Of a stretch of 64,000 nt of DNA, positions 20,219-32,202 are shown in pieces (positions within the stretch are counted from its first letter, which is position 1; each line of letters begins with the position of its first letter). Origin of the DNA: Candidatus Krumholzibacteriia bacterium. GTDB lineage: Bacteria > Krumholzibacteriota > Krumholzibacteriia > Krumholzibacteriales > Krumholzibacteriaceae. The notes beneath the pieces are model-generated. The model searched no databases. It was given only the letters and a program-made list of their open reading frames with translations, and was not told the origin of the DNA. A program made the position numbers and the translations under genes. The stretch spans positions 928,001-992,000 of the forward strand of contig CAWIIQ010000001.1 in the NCBI GenBank assembly GCA_963836185.1, in the 5' to 3' direction.

Positions 20219-21274
20219 TCAGATAGCGCCGGCTTTCTTCATAGTACGTGCCAGCCACTTCGTGTATCTGGTCGCGCCTTCACCGGTCATGTGACCGTAA
20301 TCCATGAAGAAACCGTTTTCCCCTTCACCGATATTGCCTGGAGTCTCGGCTATGAAAGAGTGGACGCCGTTTCCGTTCAGCGATCTGGCGAAAGAGAGGA
20401 AGCGTCCATACCCGTCCGGGTAGTTCTTCCTGAGAATTCTGACGAATTCCCGTGAGGCGGGGGGTATGATTACAACCACGGTAATGTCATTTGCCTTGCA
20501 GAGATCTATAAGGCGGTGGACGGCTGTTTCCATGAATACCGAGTACTCGAAGTCGTTCATGTGTCTTTTAGCGACGGTAGCCGGCTTGAAATAATCGCGC
20601 TTATACCTTTCCTTCATTCTTCTGCTGATCTTGAACGCGGCCCATCTGGCGTCCATCGGTTTGAACGTGGCTTTTTCTGATTCTACGGTCATGCGCAGGG
20701 TCACCGCAGACTCGAAGTCCATGCGTTCGCGGTGCACGGGCCACAGGTCCTTAGCCATCTCGAAAGCGAAGAAGTTACCGTTCAGAGCCGTTCTTTCACT
20801 CCAGGAAGAGAAGATATTGAGGTTGTTTCCGCGCCTGAACCTCGTCGGACAGTTGTCGTTGAACTGGTAGACCTGCATGTCGAAGATCAACAGATCGATA
20901 TCGTCGAGAAGATCTTCCCTGATGTTGAAAAGCTTCAGGATCTCCCATGGGGTCGTCCCTGAGAGAGCCGCTTTCCCGACATCGCAGCCCGAAAGCTTCG
21001 AAAGTGTCTTCTGGTCAAGACAGAGCCCGAGGCGCGATGACCCGCTGGCAAAGTATACAGGCCTGTCTCCGGCAAATGATTTTCCCGCCACCTCGAAAAA
21101 GTTGCCAAACTCATTCTTGATCCAGCCGTCGGTAGCCCTGACCATCGCAGGCCCTGTAAAGAGCAGGACGATCCTGAAGGCCGCCATGACTGCCAGTGCT
21201 ATCCAGAAAGACGGCACCGGCCTGGGAAAGCCGGTCAGCGTCTTAAAACTGAAAATAGATGAAGGGCTGCGCAT
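20219..21274 (-). CDS. SGNH-like periplasmic acyltransferase (AlgJ/DltD-like)
   Basis: N-terminal TM, GSSR block, DYGH near the C-terminus; downstream of an MBOAT gene. Confidence 0.65.
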   Translation of the reverse strand: MRSPSSIFSFKTLTGFPRPVPSFWIALAVMAAFRIVLLFTGPAMVRATDGWIKNEFGNFFEVAGKSFAGDRPVYFASGSSRLGLCLDQKTLSKLSGCDVGKAALSGTTPWEILKLFNIREDLLDDIDLLIFDMQVYQFNDNCPTRFRRGNNLNIFSSWSERTALNGNFFAFEMAKDLWPVHRERMDFESAVTLRMTVESEKATFKPMDARWAAFKISRRMKERYKRDYFKPATVAKRHMNDFEYSVFMETAVHRLIDLCKANDITVVVIIPPASREFVRILRKNYPDGYGRFLSFARSLNGNGVHSFIAETPGNIGEGENGFFMDYGHMTGEGATRYTKWLARTMKKAGAI

Positions 21275-22664
21275 CAGTCGCTCCTATAAAAGACAACAGA
21301 AGTATCATTATTCCATATATCAGTCCCGAGACGGCCGCAGGCCATTTCGATGAGAACGGGACCTCGTCGTTTCTCCACCATGAGCCGAGATCGAGAAGGA
21401 AGACGATCGATCCGTAAAAAAGGACCGCCAGGATGAATATCCCGCTTTCCTTCAGTGTGAGTGATATCAGAGAGATGTAATCAAGCGCTGCTCCGAAGCT
21501 GTCGGCGCGGAAGAATATCCAGGCGAAGCAGACAAGCATAAAGGTCACGCCTGATGTCACTGCCCAGAACATGAAATCCTTCAGACTCGCCGGCCTCGGA
21601 CTCAGCCCGGCCTTTCTGCCTCGAAGGATCATCTTGTGTATCGACAGGTAAAGCCCATGCAGGCCTCCCCACGCGACGAAGTGCCAGGCGGCGCCGTGCC
21701 AGAGGCCGCCGAGGAGCATCGTGATCATGATGTTGATATATGTCCGCGTGCCGCTTTTCCTGTTCCCCCCGAGGGGGATGTAGAGGTAGTCGCGAAGCCA
21801 TGACGAAAGGGACATGTGCCATCTTCGCCAGAATTCGGTGATGTTTCTCGATAAGTACGGCTGCTTGAAATTGAGCCGCAGTTCGAAGCCGAGCATCCTT
21901 GAGATTCCCCTGGCGATGTCGGTATATCCCGAGAAGTCGCCGTAGATCTGCAGGGCGAAGAGGATTGCTCCGGCGATCAGGGAGATACCTGCGAAGCTTG
22001 CCGGATCATCGAAGCAGCGGTCGACGAGGGGGGCGACTCCGTCCGCCACGAATATCTTCTTGAAATATCCGAGGAGGACGAGACGAAGTCCCGAGTAGAT
22101 CTTGTCAGGTGTTACCTCGCGTTCTCCGGTTATCTGAGGGAGAAGGTTCTGCGAGCGTTCTATCGGTCCCGCCACGAGCTGCGGGAAGAATGAGACATAG
22201 AGGGCGAATTCCGGCAGGTCGTGCGCCGCTTTCTGTTTCCCGCGATAGACATCTATCGTGTATGCGAGGGTCTGGAACGTATAGAAGCTGATGCCGACAG
22301 GGAGGATCAGGTTCAGTGTCGGCATGTCGGCTTTCATGCCGAATTCCCCCAGCAGCCTCGCTGCCGAGTTGGCGAAGAAACCGAAATACTTGAAGACTCC
22401 GAGTATTCCGAGATTGACGATGAGGCTTATCAGCAGGTATTTCTTCCTTCCCTTTCCCGATCCGCCGTCGTGGATCTTCAGGGCGCAGAAGTAGTCGACG
22501 ATAGTAGATGTGAGCAGGAGCGAAAGGAAACGCCAGTCCCACCAGCCGTAGAAGACGTAGCTTGCGACGAGCAGGAGAAGGTTCTGATACCTGTGCTTCA
22601 GGCAGATGTACAGGAGGAAGACTGTCAGAAAAAAAACAGGGAATATATAAGAGTTAAAAAGCAT
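21243..22664 (-). CDS. MBOAT O-acyltransferase (AlgI/DltB-like)
   Basis: MLFNS, LPVGISFYTFQ, FFPQLVAGPI, DFSGY, EFWRRWHMSLS, GLWHGA. Confidence 0.93.
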   Translation of the reverse strand: MLFNSYIFPVFFLTVFLLYICLKHRYQNLLLLVASYVFYGWWDWRFLSLLLTSTIVDYFCALKIHDGGSGKGRKKYLLISLIVNLGILGVFKYFGFFANSAARLLGEFGMKADMPTLNLILPVGISFYTFQTLAYTIDVYRGKQKAAHDLPEFALYVSFFPQLVAGPIERSQNLLPQITGEREVTPDKIYSGLRLVLLGYFKKIFVADGVAPLVDRCFDDPASFAGISLIAGAILFALQIYGDFSGYTDIARGISRMLGFELRLNFKQPYLSRNITEFWRRWHMSLSSWLRDYLYIPLGGNRKSGTRTYINIMITMLLGGLWHGAAWHFVAWGGLHGLYLSIHKMILRGRKAGLSPRPASLKDFMFWAVTSGVTFMLVCFAWIFFRADSFGAALDYISLISLTLKESGIFILAVLFYGSIVFLLDLGSWWRNDEVPFSSKWPAAVSGLIYGIMILLLSFIGATDAQPFIYFQF

Positions 22665-22821
22665 CCGGGTGCAGTTCCAATCACATAATTGCTTTTAGTA
22701 CAATTGATTGCTTGAGCACATAATGATATCATACGGCTGTGTCATGTTCAACCTGAGAAACCGCCGCACGGTAGAAGTTGATACTGCCCAGGCGTGGCGT
22801 TTCTGATATAATGGCCTGACT

Positions 22822-24033
22822 ATGAAGATCGTCGTAACAGTACCGTACACTCCCTGGCCCGTGACCCGGGGAACGGACCGGCTCATCATCAATCTGATCG
22901 AGGGGTTGTCAAAACGCCATGAGGTGACCCTTGTAACTATGACCCTTTCGAAAAACGGCCTGGAAAGGCTTGCGGAGATCGAGAAAAAGGGGATCAAGGT
23001 CAGCGCGATGGTCGCGCCTCACCGGCAGGGAGCGTCGGGGAAACTGATCCGTAAGGTGCGCAACATCATATCCGCATACTTTCGCGGTATCCCGCAGGAT
23101 GTCAGCTACAGCGCGCCGCCCGAGTTCCTCCGTCTTATCGCCGATACCGCCGAGGAGGAGTCGGCTGATATCGTCCTTGCCTCTTACTGGCACATGTACA
23201 GGCTCTCCGATTATGTCAGCGATTCGAAGCTCGCCCTAGTCACCCATGACATGGAATACATCGTCAACCGCGACAGGCTGAAGCTTGCGAGCACGGGGGA
23301 CAGCCGGATAAAGAGCGAGAAGGAGGCAGCGAGGCTCGAGCGGATAGAGACCGAGGCCTACCGGAGATTCGACACGATACTGACGGTGACCGCCTCGGAT
23401 GCCGGAGTGCTGAAAGGTATCGCGGCATATGAAGACAAGAAGATACTGCCCCTTCCTCTCGCGCTCGATCTTTCCGTTTTTTCACCTGGAGCCTTTGAAA
23501 GAGAATCGGACAGGATCCTCTTCCTCGGATCGTTCCACTCCGATTTCAACAGGGACGCCTTTCGATATTTTACCTCGGATGTCTTCCCCCTGATCCGACG
23601 GGAGGTGCCGGGGGCGGTGCTCGAAGTAGTCGGGCACGGCGTGGACGACAGACTGAGGAACGAAGCGGGGGAGGGTGTCGAGTTTACCGGAGGAGTGGAG
23701 GATATCGTTCCATACCTCGGACGATCTTCCCTGATGGTGCTGCCTCTGAGGTTCAGCGGCGGGGTACGCATCAGGATGATGGAAGCGGCAGCGATGGGAA
23801 CCGCCGTGGTGAGCACGCCGGCAGGAGTAGCTGGAATGGGACTTGAAGCGGGCAGTGATTACCTCGAAGCTCCCGACGCGAAATCGATGGCCGATTCGGT
23901 CGTCTCCCTGCTTCGAAACAGGGATGAAGCGGCAAGGATAGGCGGGAACGCACGCCGGTGGGCCGAGCGCAGCATCTCCATGGAAAACTACCCCGACCGT
24001 CTCGATGCGATGTTCGCAATGCTGCGTGACTGA
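22822..24033 (+). CDS. GT4-family glycosyltransferase
   Basis: GT-B layout; FLGSF..FN, PLRFSGG.RIRMMEAAAMG..VVST. Confidence 0.85.
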   Translation: MKIVVTVPYTPWPVTRGTDRLIINLIEGLSKRHEVTLVTMTLSKNGLERLAEIEKKGIKVSAMVAPHRQGASGKLIRKVRNIISAYFRGIPQDVSYSAPPEFLRLIADTAEEESADIVLASYWHMYRLSDYVSDSKLALVTHDMEYIVNRDRLKLASTGDSRIKSEKEAARLERIETEAYRRFDTILTVTASDAGVLKGIAAYEDKKILPLPLALDLSVFSPGAFERESDRILFLGSFHSDFNRDAFRYFTSDVFPLIRREVPGAVLEVVGHGVDDRLRNEAGEGVEFTGGVEDIVPYLGRSSLMVLPLRFSGGVRIRMMEAAAMGTAVVSTPAGVAGMGLEAGSDYLEAPDAKSMADSVVSLLRNRDEAARIGGNARRWAERSISMENYPDRLDAMFAMLRD

Positions 24034-24427
24034 TCCGGCCCTCCGCACAACCCCTCTTAATTTCATGTATCCCAACAAGAAACAGTGTTAATTCCTGAGC
24101 ATAACTCTCTGTAAAATATAGTTTACACTCATCTTCCGCTGTGATACAATTAGCGGGTATCCATATATAAGCGGGGAACATAAATAAACCTTCATCGGTA
24201 AGGCGTACTACTATTCGGTCATCCGGGGGGAGGGCTTTTTCGGCTATGTGCTGCAGGGTCCGTGCATCTCTGTCCTTATCCTATCCTGTCCATATTCTAT
24301 ACGTACGTCCGAAACCGCTTCGTTGAGGGATCAGAGCGGGCAGCGCCGCCGTCCGGCCGCGTGCCCCTGTTAATAGAAGACAGCCGTCGTTGCGGCGGCT
24401 GAACGAACCACCCGGGGAGGGAAGGTT

Positions 24428-24970
24428 ATGAAGAGAGCGGCTTCAATCCTCCGGGTTTCGATACCTGTTCTGATGCTCCTGACAACCTTGGCTCAGGCGA
24501 CCCAGATCATCTACCGAAGCCCGCAGCAGATGGGCGAGGAATCAGCCCTTGTCGTTTCAGGAAGGGTGACCGGCGTCCGGTCATACTGGAACGACAGCAA
24601 CACCAAGATATTTACGGAGACGAGTGTCGCGATCGACCAGTCGTACAAGGGGGGCGCTGGCGGGACCGTCAACGTCGTCCAGCTCGGCGGGATCGTCGGC
24701 CACGTGCAGATGAAGGTCGAAGGAGCTCTTGCCTGGAACACGGGCGAGGAGGTCCTCCTCTTCCTCGAGCCCTTCAACGGCGACAGGTACATGGTCTACG
24801 GGCTTTCCCAGGGCAGGTACGAGATCGAGCGCGACGACAGGGGCCGTCCCTTCGTCAGCCGCGGCGCCTTCGAGGGTGTCGAGATGCTCGAAGCCCCTGA
24901 AGACAGGTCTCCCGAAACGGAAAAAGTCCCTCTGGGAACATTCATCGACAAGGCCCTCGGTGGCCGGTAG
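24428..24970 (+). CDS. Secreted beta-rich protein, partner of the matrixin gene
   Basis: Signal peptide ending AQA; LVVSGRV, IFTE, YKG, QLGGIVG, GEEVLLFL; strong RBS; 15 bp upstream of the next gene. Confidence 0.75.
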   Translation: MKRAASILRVSIPVLMLLTTLAQATQIIYRSPQQMGEESALVVSGRVTGVRSYWNDSNTKIFTETSVAIDQSYKGGAGGTVNVVQLGGIVGHVQMKVEGALAWNTGEEVLLFLEPFNGDRYMVYGLSQGRYEIERDDRGRPFVSRGAFEGVEMLEAPEDRSPETEKVPLGTFIDKALGGR

Positions 24971-24985
24971 GAAAGGAGGATCGTC

Positions 24986-27900
24986 ATGAGTTACCGTAAG
25001 TATTCTTTTCTGTTTCTCGCAGTGATCCTTCTCGCCGCCGGTCTCGGCGTGCAGGGCGGGATGAGAGACTTCGTCGGCATAGCCGGCGACGCCGACGGGG
25101 ACGGGGTCCCCGATACGGCTGACGCGTGTCCCGCTGAGGACGCGTCCTTTTTCGACCGCGATGGCGACGGGTGCATCGACGACCCGGTCAGTGCGCGGCA
25201 CACCGAATTCTGGGTAGCGTCGGACCTTCCGTTCGTCTACTACATACAGGAAGACGGAGCAGCGGGTATCGGGGACGGCAGTGATTTTACCGCGATACAG
25301 AACGGCATGGACGCCTGGGGCGCCATTCCCGATGTCGACTTCTCCGTGTCATACGGCGGGACGACCGCCCAGGAGGATGCCGACGCGATCGATCTTGTAA
25401 ACATGATCACCTTCAGGGACGACGAGTACCCGTTCCCTTCGGGCGTCCTGGCGGTCGGCATCTCTACTTCGTTTACAGTCGACTCGACGCATAACGCTGT
25501 CTATTACAGGCCGGGACAGATCATCGACGCGGACATGATCTTCAATCCGTTGATGAGCCTCAGTACCCCATCGGCGGGTTCGGGCCTCGATATCCAGAGC
25601 ATCGCCACGCACGAGGCGGGGCACCTCTTCGGTATCGCCCACTCGGCAGTCAGGACATCGACGATGTTCTATGTGCTGCCTTACGGTACGACAGCCACTA
25701 CACTCGAGGCCGAGGATATTCATGCCTTCTTCAAGGCGTACGGCGATCCGACCGCTCTCGCGAACGCCAACCGTATTGAGGGAAAGGTGACCCACGGCCA
25801 GTCAGGCGAAGGCGTTCCCGGCGCGGCAGTCTTCGCTATTGACGCGGCCGGTGGAGACACCGTCGCCTGCGAGTATACTTTCCCCGACGGCAGTTACTCT
25901 TTCGTCGGCCTGGCCGATGGAAGCTATTATGTCGGGATCCATCCCCTCGATGGAACGTCGTCGATCGGATATCTCCTCCCCGCTTACATAAACGCGCTCG
26001 TCGATTCAACCGCCGAGCAGCTTTTCCTGCCCGAGTACTGGGATATTGCCGAATCGAACGGTGATAACGTGACCGACCAGGATCCGGTGGCCGTGTCGGG
26101 CGGATCGTCAGCGATCAACATCGACCTCGTCACCAACATCGATTCGACGCCTCCGACGGTCGTGTCGATCACCCCGCTTACGAGTTCGAACGGCGTTCTC
26201 ATAAACGCGGCGGTGAAGATCACCTTCGATGAGGCGATCGATTACACGACGATCTCGGGGAATTTCGTCCTGATGGACGAGGACAGCAACTTCGTCCCCG
26301 GCTCGGTCGCCGTTCTCAACGACGACTCCGTGCTGGCGTTCACACCGAGCTCGCCGTTCCAGTTCGACAAGAGGTACGACCTTACACTGGAGACCGGCCT
26401 TCAGGACAAGTTCGGCAACGGCCTGCCGGCCGATTACGAATCGGATTTTACTACCGAACCGGTGCCGCCGCTGGCGATCACAAATCTCACACCGAACAAG
26501 GGTGTAGCGGGATCGGTAGTTGTTATCAGTGGTGTTGGATTTGACTCGTGGCCCGCTGGAAACACAGTGATGTTCGGCGCCGAGCTGGCAACGATAACGG
26601 ACGCTTCGCCATACCGACTGGTCGTGACAGTGCCTTCCGGCGCTATCACAAGCGAGGTCTCGGTAAATAACGGAGTAGAGACCGTAGGTGGGCCGACGTT
26701 CACGATCCTCTCCCAGGATGAGATAGCCCGCGGATTCCAGACCGGCGTCACGGAGCTGGAAGCATCGCCGCGTTCTATAGAGGTCACCTCGAACGGTGGC
26801 TAGGTCTATGTCGCGACCGATGTCGGAGCGGCAGCAGTCGCTGCGGATCCCGGGCCTCGATGATTATCTCGACGTCATCCCTATTGGAATACCGGGAGGA
26901 CTGGATGATATCGATCTCAGCTCCCGATGGTTCCTCGGCCTACGGCGTCAGCACTGCGAACGAGAAGATCTACGTGATCGATACCGATCCGGCTCATGTC
27001 GGACTCTTCAATACAGTGGTCTATGAGCTCGACATGGATGCCGGGCCGCTGGGGATAGCTATAGATCCCGGTGGAGAGAAGGCGTATATCCCGACCGACG
27101 AGGATGAGATCCAGGTCTGGGATATCCATCCGTGACAGCGAGACGCTCAACGAGCAGATAGGCGTGATCATCCCCGATGAGACCTCGCTGAGAGGAAAGA
27201 TGTGATCGATCCTTCCGGGAGACAGACTGGTCGCGCTGACCGGCACCGGCAGGCTCCTTGCCATACGATCTCGGTCCCGATACGCTGCTCGCTTCATTCG
27301 CCGTCAATGTCGATCCGAGGGACCTCGCGATCGATCCGGCGGGTCAGAGGGCTTATGTGAGCGGCGGTGACGGGAATATGACGGTCGTATCACTGGCCGG
27401 ACTCTTCAAGGTGCAGGACATCAATACGGGCGGATCGCTCAGGGGAGCGGCCATCACGCCCGCGGGATCGTATATCTACGCGGCAAACCGCGAGCTGAAC
27501 ATTCTCGACGTGATCGATCTCAACGAGGACGCGAAGTACTTTCCGCAGCGTTGTGGCCACTGTCACGCAGGATCCCCGTCCGGTCGATATCGCACTTTCA
27601 CCGGATGGCTTCTACGCATTCTCGATGATCGAGAGCTCAGAGCAGCTCGTCGTCACAACGATCGGCCTCGGGCCGACACTGAGGAGTATGTCGCAGCGTG
27701 CCGCGATCCCCGGAACGAAAGTGGTTCTTGCAGGTGACGGGTACGGAACGGATCCTGCGGACCTGAGGGTGAGATTCTCCGGATTTGCCGGAAACTTTGT
27801 CTCCGTGCAGCCGGAACGAACGACAGGTACGGCTATTACAGTGACCGTTCCCGACTCGGCCCTGACCGGGCCGGTCGATATCGTGTACAATCCTCCTGTC

Positions 27901-30900
27901 GTCGTGCTTCCCGGTGAGAGATCCTCCGGCGGCACAGATATCCAACTCTCTATATATGAAGATACTCGATGCATACAGCGGTACGCAGCGGCAGAGGCTG
28001 GCCGGCAGGTTCCAGCATTCAGCTGCCTGGGAACTCGAGGATGCCTTCGCAATCTCGCCCACGGGTGACTTTGCCGTGGTGGGAGGATCGACAGGAGAGA
28101 TAGGTATCATCGATATCGATCCGGACAGCCCCTACTTCAATACCCTGATCAACAGCTTTCCGACTGGCTGCTGACGAAGTCGCTGACGTTACGATTACTC
28201 CTGACGGCGAACGGGCCTTCGCCGCGGTTCCGAGTGATTCGGTATACATCAGGGCCTACAACGTGAACCGATCACTCGGGATACGTACGGGAAGCCTGTC
28301 GGTGAGATCCACTTCAACGAGCAGGGATACTATATCGGACGGATCAACCGGATAGAGGTCAGTCCCGACGGGGAACTTCTTCTGGCGACCGACTTCGAGG
28401 TCGGCGTGGTATTTGTCATAGATATCAGGTCAGGCTCGACGACGGAGTACGATATTCTGACAGTCTCTCGATCTGAGACAGGTGTACGGGTATAGCGTTC
28501 CATCCATCCGGCACGCACGCCTATCTCACTGATTCCGGCTCGAACTCTGTCCAGGTCCTCGATATCGATCCGCTAAGCCTGCACTACCTGACCCTGGTCG
28601 GATACGTGACCTTCCCCGGAGCACCGGCATCCGGTCGGACAGGACCTCGATTTCCTGCCTGACGGGTCCGAATGCAAGGTCCTGACGGTAAATATTGACT
28701 GGGTATACGAGAAGAGGGAGCTCTTCACGATCGATACGAGCGATCCTGCTTTTCCCATTCTCGACCCTGACCCGATCGAGATACCTGTGGGTTCACGCTA
28801 TAACAACCTTGAGAAGATCGATGTCTCACCGAAGAGGTGACAGGGCGATGGTCCAGATAACCCAGGGTGGATATTACAACATCGACCTTACAGCCTATCC
28901 CGATACGATACTGGGGGGACTGCTTGATATGTCGGTCATGCTGGTCACCGATTTCGCCTATACGCCTGACGGATCGAGGCTGTATGTATCAGGCGTCTTC
29001 CCCGACAGCATCTATATATATGATTACACCGATGCGGCATACATCTATCATCAATTCAGGTAACCTGCAGACCGGAGTGGTCGACCAGATCCTGCCTGCC
29101 CCGCTGCAGGTACTGGTGACAGGTGACGATCAGAAATCCCTGTTGAAGGTGTTCCGGTCACGTTCAATGCTGAAAACGGTTACTTCCCGGCTGCAGCGGG
29201 TGGGGTGATATCTAGAGTCGTTGCGACGGACGTGACGGGATATGCCTCGGTCGAATGGACTCTCGGTGCAACCGAGGGCCTGCAGCATGCCAATGTCCAG
29301 GCAGAGGGACTTGATCGGGCTCCGCTGACATTCGAGGCGAACGGTATAGCCGATCCGGGGACACTGCCCCTTTCGGTCGCGCAGGTGCTGCCGTTCCCGT
29401 TCCAGAACGGCGTAAGCGTAACGACCGGGGTACAGGTGACTTTCAACAGGCCGGTCGATCCGGCGACGATAACAAGCAGCACGTTCTATCTGCACGTCGA
29501 TGGAGCGGCGACACCCGTGACGGCCCTGAACGGTTACGCCGACAGCAACAGGAAGGTGGCGCTTCTGCCTTCAGCTCCCCTCGACTACAACGCCTTTTAC
29601 CTCGTAGAGTATACGAGCGGGGTGCAGGATGCAGAGGGCGGGCCGTTGACCACGCCGGGTGTCTCCGAGTTCTTCACACAGGCAAAGCCGGTGATGCAGA
29701 TAACCTCGATAAGTCCGCCGAGCGCTGCCGCCGGAGTGAACCTGCTGATCTCGGGCGTGGGATTCGAGCCTCTTGCGAGCGACCATACCGTGCTGTTCAA
29801 CGATGAGGAAGCGGTGCCCTATGAAGCGGGCGCCGGCTATCTGAAGGTGAGAGTGCCTCTCGATGCCATACCCGGAGACGTCAGGGTAGCGGCGGCAGGG
29901 GATACTTCAAACGCTCTGCCTTTCACCGTGCTCGTTCCGAGTACATCTCCCGTCGATGAGGTGCTTGCTACGATCGGGACCGGAACGACGACAAAGAGCG
30001 TGACAGTGACGCCGGACGGCGCCATGGCATACTCGGTCAGTCCTGATGGCGATGTCGTCATACCTATCGACATCAATGGTCAGAACACCTATCCGAGTAT
30101 ATCTGTCGGTGACAACCCGATAGCGATCGCGATACATCCGGACGGCAACTACGCATACGTAGCGAACTTCGGTTCCGCTTCGGTGAGCGTCATCTGCGTC
30201 GATCCCGATTCAGCCGGTATATTCAACACGGTCGTCACTACGATCAATGTCGGGACGAATCCTCTGGATGTCGCCCTGCATCCCAACGGCGACAGGGTAT
30301 ATGTCGCTAATGCCGGTTCGAGCAACCTGAGCGTCATCGACGGCGACACGGGGAGCGCGACACATCACTCGGTACTGGCCACGGTCGGTACGGGAACGTC
30401 GGCGAAGAGTGTGACGGTCACGCCAGACGGGACGAGGATCTTTGTCGGGACAGATACCGGTTACGTCATCATCGATTCCCTCACAAACGGCGTGACTGCC
30501 ACGGTGGGCACCGGAACCTCGACGAGAAGCGTTACTATCACACCGGATGGAGCGCTGCTCGTCCTTCTGACGACAGAGGGTGATATCCTGCTGATCGACG
30601 TCCAGCCGGGGAGCTCGACGGAGAACCAGGTGCTGGCGACGGTAGGGACCGGGACGACGACAAGGGCGGTAACGGTCAGCCCTGACGGAGCCCTTCTGTA
30701 TATCATTCTGGAGGATTCCGACTACGTGATCGTCTACTCGATCGAGACGCTCGGTTCGGTCGGCGTGCTTGAGCCCGGCATCAGCTATCCGCCGCCGGAG
30801 ATACAGGTTACCCTGATAGATTCGATCCTGGCCGGATCGAGCCCGGCAGATATCGCCTTCGATCCTTCCGGATCGGGAACGGCGATAATAACGAACGCCG

Positions 30901-32147
30901 GTGATATGACGGTAACGATAGTCAACGCCTCTTCGGTTCCGACCGGACCGATCGAGGTCGAGCTTTATATCACGCCGAGAACACTCAACCTCGATTCGAA
31001 GGGCCGCTGGATAACGGCTCACATCGAATTCCCGGAGGCGTACTTCGCTCAGGAGGTCGACATCTCCTCGATCCTGCTCCAGGACGAGATTCCAGCCGAA
31101 CCCGACAAGTGGGCGATCGAGGATTGCGACAATGACGGGATCGGCGAATTGATGGTCAAGTTCTGCCGCGCCGCTTTCCAGGAGGTCATGCCGCAGGGTG
31201 AGCGCGTGCCCGTGACTCTTACCGGTATTATCCGCGGGAGGGAGTTCGCCGGAGAGGACACGATCCGTACGATCCGGCCCACGGTAAACCATCCTTCGGG
31301 CTGTGCCATCACTCCTGGCGTACCGGTGACCGTGAGATGGACGTCGCCGGCAGGATACAGTGTCGATCACGTGGATGTCCACTGGACGCACGATGACGGC
31401 GAGACATGGATGCCGGTTGCCGAGGGCATAGCCGACATCGGATATACGCTGTGGATCACTCCCATCGAGCAGTATGACGACTGCCGCGTGATGGTCACCC
31501 TCTACAAGGAGAACGGTGAGGATATCGGCATAGGTATGAGTCCCGATCAGTTCATCATCGCCTTCCCGGTCGCCGTGGCGATATCGAGGTTCCATGGTGA
31601 AGCGGGCGAGGGCGGCGTCGTGTTGAAGTGGGAGACTTCGTCCGAGGTCAACACGACAGGATTCAACCTCCTTCGCTCGGAGGAAGAGGACGGCGACTAC
31701 GATCTGGTCACGAAGGAGTATGTGCCGGCCAAGGGGCTTGCTTCGGGAGCTGACTATGAGTACAGCGATGAAGAGGTCTCCATCAACACGACATACTGGT
31801 ATGTGCTCAAGGAGGTCTCGGGCGAGGATTCCAAGCTCGTCTTCGGGCCGTACAAGGTGATCGTGAAGGCGCCGTTCGCTCTTTCGCAGAACATGCCCAA
31901 CCCGTTCAACCCGTCCACGATGATCAGGTTCACCGTACCCGAAGACAGCGACGTCAACCTGACCGTGTACGATGTCTCCGGCCGCAGGGTGAAGACACTC
32001 GTCAACGGCCATCGCAAGGCCGACTTCTACCGGGTGATATGGGACGGCACGAACAATAACGGAAGCAGGGTCGCAAGCGGCGTCTACTTCTACCGTCTGA
32101 CGGCCGGAAAGAATGTGATGGCCAAAAAGATGGTGCTTCTTAGATAG
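24986..32147 (+). CDS. Giant secreted multidomain protein (TSP3-like Ca repeats, M10 matrixin, Big_5, IPT/TIG, YVTN beta-propellers, FlgD-Ig/T9SS-like CTD), many frameshifts at 26800-29200
   Basis: DADGDGVPD/DRDGDGC; HEAGHLFGIAH plus STMF Met-turn; DSTPPTVVS; repeated TPDG/HPDG..AYVAN; CTD ALSQNMPNPFNPST...WDG...ASGVYFYRL...KMVLLR. Short ORFs in the middle carry the same propeller and IPT motifs. Confidence 0.75.
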
Positions 32148-32173
32148 AAAGGTCAGCATACGGGCTGCGGACA

Positions 32174-32200
32174 GGGGCCGGGACATATGTTCCGGCCTTT
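32174..32200 (+). terminator. Probable terminator
   Basis: GGGGCCGGGAC-atat-GTTCCGGCCTTT. Confidence 0.6.
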
Positions 32201-32202
32201 GT

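Noticed and set aside
28169-28174. GC-TGA (PTGC*) as a Cys-Sec motif
   Set aside because: The propeller sequence (ADEVADVTITPDG) continues in another frame; this is a frameshift.
29960-30700. Repeated ATVGTGT-SVTVTPDG-encoding DNA as CRISPR or DGR repeats
   Set aside because: Degenerate in-frame beta-propeller blade repeats with synonymous divergence; no repeat-spacer structure.
30210-32186. 658-aa antisense ORF and other long opposite-strand ORFs (e.g. 43067-44467, 7074-8273)
   Set aside because: Expected antisense open frames in GC3-rich genes; no motifs, and they overlap confident genes.
12352-32200. Genomic island integrated at tRNA-Val
   Set aside because: No integrase, no duplicated tRNA 3' end seen, and mscL and the M20 peptidase directly follow the tRNA.
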